Of a DNA stretch of 64,000 nt, positions 49,848-62,063 are shown piece by piece. A program made the translations under genes and the position numbers. This DNA is from Octopus vulgaris. Its lineage: Eukaryota. The stretch spans positions 47,120,001 to 47,184,000 of the forward strand of contig OX597833.1 of assembly GCA_951406725.2 (NCBI GenBank), given 5' to 3'. The notes beneath the pieces were generated by a model. It made no database searches and was not told the DNA's origin. It saw only the letters and a list, made by a program, of their open reading frames with translations. The stretch's first letter is position 1. Each line of letters starts with the position of its first letter.

Positions 49848-52137
49848 AATAATAATAATAATAATAAAACGGTGAGCTACCAGGATCGTTAGCACGACGG
49901 GGGAAATGCTTAGCGGTATTTCGCCCGTCTTTACGTTCTGAGTTCAAATTCTGCCGAGGTTGACTTTGCCTTTCACTCCTTCGGGGTCGATAAATTTGTA
50001 CTAGTCAAGTATTGGAGAGGTCGATATGATTAACTTCCCCCACCCCTAAAAACAAAACTTTCGACCCTGTGACAAAATTTGAAACCATTATCATTAAGGC
50101 GGCGAGTTGGCAGAACCTTTAGCATTCCGGACGAAGTACATAGCGGCATTTCGTCCGTCTGTCGTTGAAATTCCACCCGGTCAGCTCTGCCTTTCATCGT
50201 TTTGAAGTCGATAAAATAAGTATCAGTGAAGTACTGGTGTAGATGTAATCGACTTCTTCCTCCTCTCAAAAATTTCTGGCCCTGTGCCAAAATTTAAAAC
50301 CATTATTATTAAGGCAGCGTGTTGGAAGATTAGTTGGTACTCCGGACAAAATGCTTAGTGGCATTTCTTCCGACTCTTTACGCTCTGACTTCAAATGCTG
50401 CTGCGGTCGATTTTGCCATTCATTCATTTGGAATCGATAAAATAATACCTATTTCTTTATTACCCACAAGGGGCTAAACACAGAGGGGACAAACAAGGAC
50501 AGACAACGGTATTAAATCGATTACATCGACCCCAGTGCGTAACTGGTACTTAATTTAATCGACCCCGAAAGGATGAAAGGCAAAGTCGACCTCGGCGGAA
50601 TTTGAACTCACAACGTAACGGCAGACGAAATACCACTACGCAATTTCGCCCGGCGTGCTAACGTTTCTGCCAGCTTGCCGCCTTTTTAAAATAAGTACCA
50701 GTTGAGCACTGGGACCGATGTAATCGACTTATCCACTTCCACGAGATTCTGGCCTTGAGCTAAAATTTGAAACCATTATTATGAAGCGTGGTGGATTGGT
50801 GAAACCGTTAAAGTGTTTCACAAAATGCCTTGAATTATTTATTCTGGCTCTTAATATTCAGTGTTCAAATCCTACCTTTCTTTTTCTTTTGCGCCCTTTT
50901 TAAAGCCTAACCAGGCTCATGGGCCCGGTTTCCCGGTTTCAATGGTGTATGTGTTCCCCCTAGCTGGACGGGACACCAGTCCATCGCAGCGTTACTCATT
51001 TTTGCCAGCTGAGTGGACTGGAGCAACGTGAAATGAAGTGGTTTGCTCAAGAACACAACGCGTTGCCCGGTCCAGGAATCGAAACCACAATCTTACGATC
51101 ATGATGCTGACACCCTAACCACTAAGCCACGCGCCTCCACCTCAAATCCTGCCAATGCCAATTTTTCCATTCACATTTTTGAGAACAATACACAATGTAT
51201 TAAGTCAGGTACATGGAACCCTATAAAAAAATTTCTAGCCGCGTGTCTAAATTTGGAGCATTCATCTTCCTCATCGAGGAGGACGGTTGTGTCTGGCAAA
51301 ATGCCTTGGTCATTCATTGCCTTGTACCTCTCCAGGATCATAAATCTAACCTTCAGCCATGTCAGTTCTCTAAGTATTCTCTGTACAAAATCTTCGGATC
51401 AACGAGTGTGTCTCTATGTGGCTAGAAGGAGCAATTAATTCTGCCTCAAAGCACACGCTGCCGCCACAAATAAAACGGCCTTTGATCATAGGTTTCGTCA
51501 ATCAAAGCTTCCAGTGATGCAACAGCAACTTTTGGCTTTGTACTAGAGCTGGCAAAAAACAGTGAACTGGTAGAATCGTTAGCGCATCAGACAAATGCTT
51601 ACCAGTATTTCTTCCGGCTCTTTACGTTCTGAGTTCAAATGCCGCCGAGATCAACTTTGTCTTTCGTAGTATCTGTTGTATCTGTTGAGCACTGGAATCA
51701 ATATAGACTCACCCTAACCTCTTCCCACTAAAATTGCTGGCCTTGTGTCAAAATTAGAAACAATTATTATAAGCTCTATTAGATGCTCTAATAGATTCTC
51801 TCTTGATTCCATTGAATCATATTTTGAACAATAACTATTGTTAATACTTTCGGTTTTAACTAAACTTAAAGTTAGGCCAATGAAATCATTTTTCTTTCCT
51901 GTAAAATATGAACTGAAGTTTCGAGTTAGACGAGTAGAATCAACGATATCTTCTGGTAAAGAAATGTTTGGGGACGGGCTTTCCTAGTTCTTAGGCTACA
52001 TGCCAATGGCCACTCTGAGTTATTTCTCTTAGTTCATTTTATTTAAATTATGCAAATTACCTGAGCCATGAATGTGTTCTTTTTGCATAAGCCTAAATCC
52101 GTTGGCTACTGGAAATAAGATCGGTCAATAGTTCTGA

Positions 52138-52369
52138 AAGGCGGCGAGCTGGCAGAACCGTTAGCACGCCGGGCGAAATACTTAGCAGTATTTCGTCTGC
52201 CGTTACGTTCTGAGTTGAATTCCGCCGAGGTCGACTTTGCCTTTCATCCTTTCGGAGGCGATTAAATAAGTACCAGTTACGCACTGGGGTCGATATAATC
52301 GACTTAATCCGTTTGTATGTCCTTGTTTGTCTCCTCTGTGTTTAGCCCCTTGTGGGTAGTAAAGAAATA
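52138..52369 (+). mobile_element. tRNA-derived SINE family B (representative copy with 15-bp TSD)
   Basis: GGCGGCGAGCTGGCAGAA...GAGTT(C/G)AA..TCC...GTCGACTTTGCCTTTCATCCTTTCGG core (resembles the Deu/Nin SINE domain); TSD GGTCAATAGTTCTGA at 52123-52137 and 52370-52384. Other copies include 236-453(-), 9400-9818, 9993-10433(-), 15649-15882(-), 17688-17918, 38387-38621, 48012-48400, 50449-50683(-), 61232-61620. Confidence 0.92.
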
Positions 52370-54365
52370 GGTCAATAGTTCTGATGATAGTAGTTATTGA
52401 ACCAGAAACACTGGTGCACGATTGCTCTCTTGCCTTCAAGCAATAGGCTTGTGCTTCTTTGATTGTATGTCAATTTTGAAAAATTCTTGATTCTCAAGAT
52501 TATCTCTCTTTCTGAAGTGGAACTGCGCTTAATTGCCATTTGGTAATTATAATACGTCTTCAAGAGGATGAGATGATTTTAATAAATCAAGAATTTAGAG
52601 GCGAAAACAATTTTAATAAGTCAAGAATTTGTGTTGTAAATGATAAACTTGTATTTGTTTATGTTGTTCAAATATCTGTCATTGGCCTCTGAGTTATTTC
52701 TCTGAGCCCATTTTTGTTTAAATAATACGTATAAAAGCCGGATAGCTTAGTCTCATTAGAAAATTGCAATATTTAAAGCTTTCCGGGGAAAAGCAAGCAA
52801 ACAAGCAAAAAAAAAGCCATTAATAATACAAATCAAATGAAATGGTTAGAAACAGTGACTGAAAGTGGATTTCGAAAACGGCTTCCTTGCACCTTTATTT
52901 ATCTATATATTTTCAACTTATTGTGCTTTGGGTGTTCAAAACATACTCAAACAGGTTGAACAACTAAGACACAAAATTTTCTGATAAAAAGTAAATACTA
53001 CTAGCTGACTTACTGTGAACAGTGAGAAATATATTTCGTAAAATTGTCTTTCCTCGTAGAAAACTGTTTTTAGAGGCCTATGCCAAAATTCCCTTTAATT
53101 CTTTAATTAATTTTAATTCTTAGAATTAAAACTTTATGCGTGAAGAAACTGCTTGTATTTTACGTCGACCGACATAGACTACCACTAGTTTCTTAACACA
53201 TGAATTGTTTAGTGTGGTTACCTAATAGCCTGTCCTTAGAAATGAGAATTTGTGTTGGCTGTTGGAAGGAAAGTTAGTACATACACACATTCATGCAAAA
53301 ATGTATGCATGCATAAATACATATATGCAGCTAACATGCACTTTACTGGTACAATCTATAAGCGGAACAGTAAAAATATGCATGACTTTTCTGAAATTCA
53401 GCGTGTAACACATATCTGTTTTGTTATCCAAGTTCCAGCGGTAGAACATTGTTTCTGCGTTAGAAACTAGCTGCTTCCCCATGGGAAGACGTCAACCAAT
53501 TAAAAAGAAACACATTCGTACATATACATAGTTATGCATTTATACTTATTGTGTACAGTCATGCATTGGGTCGGTCCACCGAACTATAAAGAGATAGCAT
53601 GTTATCTTTGTCTTTTTTTATTGTTTGTGTTTCCAATTATTTTCTCTTGCGCGCGCGTGTGTGTGTGGTAAATGAAGAAGTGAAGCGATTCAAGCAGTAG
53701 AAATAGAAGCTAGATGGTACCGAAACACCTCGAATGAACGTCATTAGTTCATGAATAGCAAGGGAGATAATTCTAAATCAAAAACAAAAAAATAAATTCA
53801 GACCTAATTTAATACAGCTTTTGTGCAAAATATCCTTTTTCATCATAACATATACATTGAGATCTGTGTTCTAAAGAATAAGTGTGAATGATCTTGAAGA
53901 GTGATTCACCTAAATAGTCAATAAGGGAGATAATTGTGAGAACACAGTTTTATAGACTCCCATAATGAATCAGTACTCTATTTACATTAAATTTATGGTC
54001 AAAAATTCAATTACTTGAGATCATTGACACCTCTCACTTGCAATGTCTTCACCGATATAGCAGACAAAATTTCCATTTTATTTCATTATCAGTTGCAAAA
54101 AAAAGCGTTTACTTGGTATTTTGACTGGCTAGAAATAGATCCCAAATCTCCTTCTGGATATGTACTTTTTATGTTGTTTCAGTCATTGGATTGCGGCCAT
54201 GCTGGGACATCGTCTTGAAACACCGCATGCTCGAGCGCTTTAGTCGAACAAATCGATTCAAATATTTAGTTTTTAAAGTCTAGTATCTTGTTCCGAACTG
54301 TTAGATTACGGGAACATAAACAAACCAACAACGGTTGCCAGGCGGTGGAGATGAGGCAAACAAAA

Positions 54366-54409
<44 letters not shown>

Positions 54410-54942
54410 TCACATACACACACTCACACTCACACATGAAGGGTTTCCAACAGTTTCTGTCTACTCACAAGACATTGGTCGATCCGGGGCTATAGTTAAA
54501 GACACTTGCTAAAGATGCCGTTCAGTGGGATTGAACTCCAAAACGAGCTTCTTAACCACAAAGGCATGCCTGCACCTTAAAATCATTCTTTTAAATGACA
54601 CATCGAATAATATGTTCCTAGATACATTATGTCTTGAAAACCTACGTGGTGGGCATAATTGGAACGTCCACATTTGATTGGTTCAACTGGAGCTGATACT
54701 GGATTAAGTAACAGAAGTACTTGCTTTTTAAGTTCTGAAATTTTAGAAATAAAAAAAAAAAACAGAAAATATATACATAGGCGCAGGCGTGGTTGTGTGG
54801 TAACAAACTTTCTTCCCGACATAATGGTTCCGGGTTCAGTTCCCACTGCGTGGCACCTTGGGCAAGTTTCTTTTACCATAGCCTCGGGCCGACCAAAACC
54901 TTGTGAGTGGATTTGGTAGCCGGAAATTGAAAGAAGCCCGTC

Positions 54943-55005
<63 letters not shown>

Positions 55006-55246
55006 TTAATATTAGGGAAGTTATTTCCGAGTCCACATGGGAGAGAAATTCAATTTAGTGGTACTAAAATGAATTTCTCGCTGTATTATATACATATATA
55101 TAAATAGCATTAAGTGACAGAACCACCTTCAAGCAACTCAATCAACATTGAACGACATTATCTATGATAGAGATATATAAGATTAAATTTTATCAAAATT
55201 CATATCTACAATTACTAATCTCAATCATATATTAAATTAAATTACT

Positions 55247-55353
55247 TAGACATCGCGCGTTTCATGACAATATGTCTATGGGCATTGCTGAAATAGAAGT
55301 TCTCGAAATTCAATATCAAATTAATCCCACTATACTGTCAATCTTCAGGTCTA
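55247..55353 (-). ncRNA. Type I hammerhead fold with extended stem II (probably inactivated)
   Basis: Minus strand tagac-CTGAAGA-t-tgacagtat...atattgtca-t-GAAA-cgcgcg-at-gtcta; stems I and II pair; the palindromic stem III carries A where U16.1 is expected. Confidence 0.65.
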
Positions 55354-56049
55354 GATTATATAAAACTATTTTGCTATTACATCATATATAAAGACATGAC
55401 AATCAACTAGAAATCGTCGAAATAATTTTTCATTACTAAAAAAAAAAGGACCTGGTGCCTGAAGTAGAAAGTATAATTTTTATTAAAGCTGCTAGCTGGT
55501 AGAATCGTTAGCGCGCTGAACGAAATGCTTAGCGGTAGATCGCCCGTCGCTACGTTCTAAGTTCAAATCCCGCCGAAGTTGACTTTGCCTTTCGTCCTTT
55601 CGGGGTCGATAAATTAAGTACCAGTGAAACACTGGGATCGATATAATCGATTAGCCCCCTCCCCCAAAATTTCAGGCCTTGTGCCTATTGTAGAAAGGAT
55701 TATTATTATTATTATTATTATTAAGACGGTGAGCTGGCAGAATCGTTAGCACGGCTTTACGTTCTGAGTTCAAATGCTGCCGATATCTACTGTCTTTCTT
55801 TCTTTCGGGTTCGATAAAATAAGTACCATTTGAGTACAGGGGTCTCTTTTATCAACTACCCACCTTCCCAAATTTTCAGGCGTTGTGTCTATAGTAGAAA
55901 GAATTATTATTATTTATATTATTAAGGCGGTAAACTGACAGAAACGTTAGTACGGCTTTATGTTCTGATACACTTCTATATTTAAGAGACGAGGAATTAT
56001 GTACATTATTTACATTTGACGGATATTTGTCCTCATCTTGTTTGTTGTT

Positions 56050-56095
56050 AACACAACGTTTCGGCTGATATACTCTTCAGCCTTCATTAGGTGTC
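56050..56095 (-). ncRNA. Minimal hammerhead, inverted copy with a core mutation
   Basis: gacac-CTAATGA-a-ggctg(aagagtatat)cagcc-GAAA-CGTT-gtgtt; stem II perfect, core G5>A. Confidence 0.6.
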
Positions 56096-56206
56096 TTGGG
56101 GAAAATTTCGAACCTGGGCATATGGCGTAGTGGTTAAGAGCGCGGGCTACTAACCCCAAGATTCCGAGTTCGATTCCAGGCAGTGACCTGAATAATAATA
56201 ACAATG

Positions 56207-56245
<39 letters not shown>

Positions 56246-56457
56246 TCTATATACTTTGTATGTAATCTCAAGTTTTAAAACAAACATAATTTTCGTATGT
56301 TTTTTTTAGACATTCACTTGTACAACACTAAGTACAAAACGAAATATATGGCACCCTAGGCATAAAACCAACATGAACTTCCAACTTGTTGTCTCTTGAG
56401 GTCTCTGGGTGAGACTTGGAGCCAACTTGTACAAATGTAAAGCAAAAGTCAAACACA

Positions 56458-56522
<65 letters not shown>

Positions 56523-56569
56523 TCGAAAAATATCTTAGGAATGAGGACCCAGGTTTGAGATTTCCTCAA

Positions 56570-56615
56570 AACACCTGATGAAGGATGGAGGATATATCAG
56601 CCGAAACGTTGTGTT
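56570..56615 (+). ncRNA. Minimal type I hammerhead ribozyme
   Basis: aacac-CTGATGA-a-ggatg(gaggatatat)cagcc-GAAA-CG-TT-gtgtt; palindromic AACGTT stem III; predicted cleavage after 56610. Confidence 0.75.
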
Positions 56616-57464
56616 AACAACAAACAAGATCAGGACAAATATCCGTCAAATGTAAATAATGTAAATAATGTTTATGTTCTGAGTTCAAATGTCGCCGATA
56701 TCTACTTTGCTTTTCATCCTCTCGGGTCGCTCAAATAAGTATCAGTTGAGCGATGGGGGTTCGATATACAACTAGCATCTCCCACCAAATTTCAGTCCCA
56801 TGTTCCATTCAAAATGGAGACGGGGTGCTAGAAGCAATAAGACGCTGATGTAAACAAATGCTGCTTCATTCCACATTTCTGTTTCGTTTCGTCCCTACAG
56901 ATTTGTGGTATTGTGCTAATTTGAGAAACCCTGTTCATTACGAACAATGCATCGTCGTTGTTCTACTTCCAACAACCCCATGAATGTACTTATATAAAAC
57001 ACTTCAGCATTCCATCTCGTGATGATCATTTTTAGATGAACAAACGATGACTACTGACACTTCACCTGCCGCGGAGAAACGAACGAAACATCTTGAGAAT
57101 CACGTCACTCTAAATATTTGTCAGCAGTCTGCACCCTCGTTTAATTCGTAGATATCTTTATTGTTTTTAGCACTGTTACCTGCTGTGTGTGAGTGTGTGT
57201 GGGTCTATCTGTCTGTCTGTCTGTGTGTCTGTCTGTCTGTCTGTATGTATGTATGTATGTATGTATGTATGTATGTGCTTGATGCATGTATGTACGTATA
57301 GGTATGTATTCATATATATATAAGTATATGTATGTATATGTAAGTGTGCATACATGTATATATATATGTTTGTGTGTATATATATGTATATATATGCATA
57401 TATATATATCTATGTATACGTGTATATATGCATATGTATGTATGCATATATGCATATATATATA

Positions 57465-57545
<81 letters not shown>

Positions 57546-57764
57546 ATGGATAGATATTTAGATACATATGTAGATATATGTATGTTTCTATATATAAATA
57601 TAAATATATATATGTATGTTATATGTTTTTCTATATATATATGTATATATGTAGCATATAAATATGTATGCATATATATATATGTATGCATGCATACATG
57701 TATATGTGTGTATGTATGCATATGTGTGTGTGTGTATGTTTGTATGCACATATATGTATGTATA

Positions 57765-57827
<63 letters not shown>

Positions 57828-58460
57828 GTTCAATCCAGAAAGTAGAGGTGAAATTGTTTTGCCTAGGTGCAAGAATATAAATCCGTAAAAATGACACAAA
57901 CAATATATTTAATATATAATATAGTAAATTTATGAGCCAAAGAGGAGAGAACCAGGCAAATAATACTTAAAGTTAGATAAACAAAAGGTTCGTGCCTGAA
58001 AAGCGTAGAAATATAAAGCAAAAAGAACCATTGTCAAAGAAGTACAGAATGAAGCTCATTACCCCCAAAGAAGAAACAAAGTGAGTCTGATGTTTCGGGA
58101 GATACTCTTTATCAAAGAAAAGAAAAAGAATTGAAAGACAAGATAAAGATTATCACCCGAACCTTGAATTATTCTCCTGTTTCATTATACACTTCTTTGT
58201 TTTTCTTTTTTTCTACTTTATATTTCTACACTTTCCAGACGTGCTTATGCTTATCTAAATCCGCATATTATCTGTTTATCTCCTCTTTACCTCATAGACA
58301 TTACCTGTAGAGGTGTATAAGTGTGCCATACGTCAGATAACGAAATGCTCGATGAGTAACGTGAAATGAAATGCTTTACTCAAGAATACAAAACATTGCC
58401 CAATCCGGTTGAACCAACGATCTACCGATCGTGAGTGCAACACTGTAACTGCTAGGCCAC

Positions 58461-58512
<52 letters not shown>

Positions 58513-58967
58513 GCACACATATATACACCCCCTATATATATATATAAAATAAATATAAAAAAAGCAAATAAATCGCCAATCCTTTTCCTGCATAAATTGA
58601 CTCATATCTTATCGGCTTTCACGTAAGCGACCAGCAAAATTTCACACAAACAGTACCAACAATAGAAACAAGAATGACAATAATAACAGGAGTCGACAAT
58701 TACACAGGTGATATTTTTGAGGCGCTGCTTCAATTCAAGATGCAGCTATTGCAGCTGGATACTGTTTGTTATTCTACCAAATATATACGTTTTACCTATT
58801 ATTTTGCACATTACTTAATCATTGGTATATGTTTTTATTTTATATTTAATTTTTCTATGATAAAACGTGTTTTTTTTTCTAATTTATATACATATATATT
58901 TTGTGAAATTTGATTTAGTATTTCTAAATTGAATTTTTCTCTGTAAGTTTGGAATAATATTCCCTCA

Positions 58968-59017
<50 letters not shown>

Positions 59018-59098
59018 GGTCCCGGGTTGATTCGGGGTTAACCACAGTAAGTAAGGTACTCAATACATAGCAGAGTAAAATTAATTTATTATATAGAA

Positions 59099-59154
59099 GG
59101 AGCTTCTACAGGACTAAAACTGTTTCATTCAAGAGAAATCATCAGGAAGCATCC
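59099..59154 (-). ncRNA. Type I hammerhead ribozyme (minus-strand arm of the palindrome)
   Basis: gga-t-gcttc-CTGATGA-t-ttc(tctt)gaa-t-GAAA-cag(ttttagtc)ctg-TA-gaagc-tcc; all three stems pair; GUA cleavage triplet. Confidence 0.8.
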
Positions 59155-59200
59155 TGAAGATTTCTCTTGAATGAAACAGTTTTAGTCCTGTAGAAGCTCC
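59145..59200 (+). ncRNA. Type I hammerhead ribozyme (plus-strand arm of the palindrome)
   Basis: ggaagcatc-CTGAAGA-tttctcttgaat-GAAA-cag(ttttagtc)ctg-TA-gaagctcc; one mismatch in stem I; predicted cleavage after 59192. Confidence 0.72.
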
Positions 59201-59203
59201 TTC

Positions 59204-59237
<34 letters not shown>

Positions 59238-60136
59238 TTTTGTCTCATTTGGTCTAAAGTCGTATGACAACCACCGTTATATATATTTTGTTTAACCATT
59301 ACCGTTTTCAATTTCGTTTTCGTCTCTCGTATTTACATCCGTCTTGTGCGTTTACATTCTTGTCTTCTACCAAGAAATCTAATGCTTACAGCTTAGTTTT
59401 TTTTTTTTTTTTTTTTCTTGGGGCTGGCCGAAATTTGCTATGATGATTCGGTGTCTGACTGAAGATTGAAGGCTTCGAATGATTTGTCTGTGTTCCGTGT
59501 TCGTCCCTTCCTGTATTTCACGTTCTTTATATATAAAAACATTTATATTTATATATATATATACTAGTATATAGCTTTTAAGCGACAGACCCCGAATGGG
59601 AAGAGCAGCAAACTGATCTCTGACTTATTTTGGAGAATTTGTGGCAATTGCTTCCTCTAGAGTCATATCCCAATGATGATCATATTCGTCACAAAAAAAA
59701 ATCATGTAAAAAAATCTCGCCGAAAACAATCGCAGTATTGAAAACATAGGAATCCAAAATTTCAGGATTGCTGGTCCGGATTCGATCCGGAATGTTTTTA
59801 GTTTACTCACAGAGTTGGCCTTTAGATTATAAAAATTGTTATCATACAAAAAAATTTGTCGCAAAAATTCACGTAAAAAAATTGCCGCAAACAGTTACAG
59901 TAATGAAAATTTGGGAATCCAGAATTTCAGGATTGCGGGGCCGGATTCGGCCCGCAAAGGTTTTTAATTTACGCGGAGGCAGCCTGATTCCAAAATGGTG
60001 TAATATGCTGGCCTACGGCCTCTAGGAGTAAAGTTGAAAAAGTGTGACACACTGACATACACATTTATTATATTATATTATTATATTATATGTACATACA
60101 TACATACATACATACATACATACATACATACATACA

Positions 60137-60169
<33 letters not shown>

Positions 60170-60329
60170 CATCCTTGTCGATTCGTCACTCAACATGAAC
60201 CGCTACCAACAATCTAATGTAAACACCTTATTCGTTGCCATCAATACATGAGACAACTAATGAATATCATAATCATATTACTGGAATATATTCATAAAAT
60301 ATGAATTGAAACTATAGACTATATTACGA

Positions 60330-61935
60330 GACTAGGGCTGGACCCAGCTATTGAATTCTACTCTACAACATAACTTTTGAATGATAAGACATAGATTGAT
60401 TAAGGGATTTTTTTCTTTCGGTATAGTACGTACCTTATGAGCTGGGAAACATAATATTTGTAAACTGTTATCTATAGGCAGGAGAAGATAGTGTGTTAAT
60501 TCCATTAGTAAGGTGCTTAGCACTGAAATGCTTAATGGAGCTTGCAAAATTTTTCTCACAAAAAAACTGTTATGATATCAATGATTCATTGGGATTTTAA
60601 GATAAACTATATTTCGGTAACCATTGAAAATATTTTTCGTACGTTTAAACCAAAAATTGGCTTGTGCCACAAAATGTTTTTTGACTTATTTTTGTGTTCT
60701 GTAATATTAGAACGGATTGTGTATTATACTTCATCTGTAAAGCCGCTATTGCGAAAAACCTCATTATAATGATATGCACTAATGAACAAAGCCTTATCTT
60801 AAGATAATCACAATATACTTTTACTTACGCTAGGGATTATATTTCTTACAATGCTGAATGGTTCATTGGATTATTTTTTATCGATATAAGTAATCTTTCT
60901 CTGCTTTATAGCAATTTCGTAAACTTGTGTTCCTTAACTTGTTGCGCTAAATGAATTCATAAGGGGTTACCTGAAGCTATCTAATTCATGAACATTCATA
61001 GAGCGAGAGACTAAAGGCAGCTAAGTGGACTGGAGCAACGTGAACTTAGGTGTTTTGCTCGATCCAGGAATCGAAACTGCAATCTGGTGAAAGATAAAGA
61101 TTTGAGAAAGGATCTGGTTATAGAATGATGAAATTAAATAATATCAAACTGGATAGAAGTAATGCAGTTAACCCATTCTGTTATTGATATAAAATTGTTC
61201 TCTAGTTGCACAAAAATTATGTTTTTATTAAGGCGGCGAGCTGGCAGAACCGTTAGCACGCTGGGCGAAATGCGTAGTTCAAATTCAGCCGAGGTCGACT
61301 TTGCCTTTCATCCTTTCGGGGTCGATAAATTAAGTACCAGTTACGCACTGGGGTCGATATAATCGATTTAATCCGTTTGTCTGTCCTTATTTGTCCTCTC
61401 TGTGTTTAGCCCCTTGTGGGTAGTAAAGAAACAGGTATTTCGTCTTCTGTTACGTTCTGAATTCAAATTCCACCGAAGTCGACTTTGCCTTTCATCCTTC
61501 CGGGGTCGATTAAATAAGTACCAGTAACGCACTGGTGTCAATATAATCGACTTAATCCGTTTGTCTGTCCTTGTCTGTCCCCTCTGTGTTTAGCCCCTTG
61601 AGGGCAGTAAAGAAATAAGAAAAATTACGTTTTTATTCTAAGTGCTATTGAATCTAGGATTTGCTTACTAACTTCGCTAGTTCGATTTTAGCGGTGTTGA
61701 CTTATACGTATTTAGGGGTAACAGAACAATTAACTTTTGATGTGCTTGAAACTAAATACTCTACCTTGTTGTTTATATTGAGGGTAATGGCGACTTCTTT
61801 AGCTTCAAGGTTTGTGGAGCCTAAGGTATTAGTGCCAAATTTCTTGTTATTTTTTGTCAGTAATATTTTTAGATAATTGTCTGTTATATGTGGTTCTACC
61901 CATGCCATAAAAATTGTTGTCTTACACAATGGATA
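60330..61935 (-). pseudogene. Decayed Penelope-like element reverse transcriptase, interrupted by SINEs
   Basis: Minus-strand peptides in order: NLEAKEVAITLNINNKVE; VNTAKIEL..VSKQILDSI; EWV..IQFDII*FHHSIT (FDIxxFYPSI); YIDKKSNEPFSIVRNI..SGF..KNKSKNILWHKPIFGLNV (SNHP and WFNPPF motifs of PLE RTs). Confidence 0.72.
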
Positions 61936-62005
61936 CATGAAGTCTTTTATTCATTTGCAATTTTGTAATGATAAAGAGCCTTTTCTGTATGTTTGTATGT
62001 GGAGG

Positions 62006-62063
<58 letters not shown>

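Larger units (their letters stand above)
55969..56670 (+). mobile_element. tRNA-headed SINE with hammerhead tail, preceded by an inverted copy of its own 3' end
   Basis: Inverted arm about 55977-56118; tRNA-like head 56116-56189 (A box 56123-56133, B box 56166-56176); (AAT)n with a nested Dong-like fragment; tail 56521-56670; 12-bp TSD TTTATGTTCTGA at 55957-55968 and 56671-56682. Confidence 0.8.

Noticed and set aside
56116-56189. Possible tRNA gene
   Set aside because: A and B boxes are present, but the acceptor and T stems pair poorly and it is fused to a repeat body with a TSD; treated as a SINE head. The same applies to the heads at 5939 and 28376.
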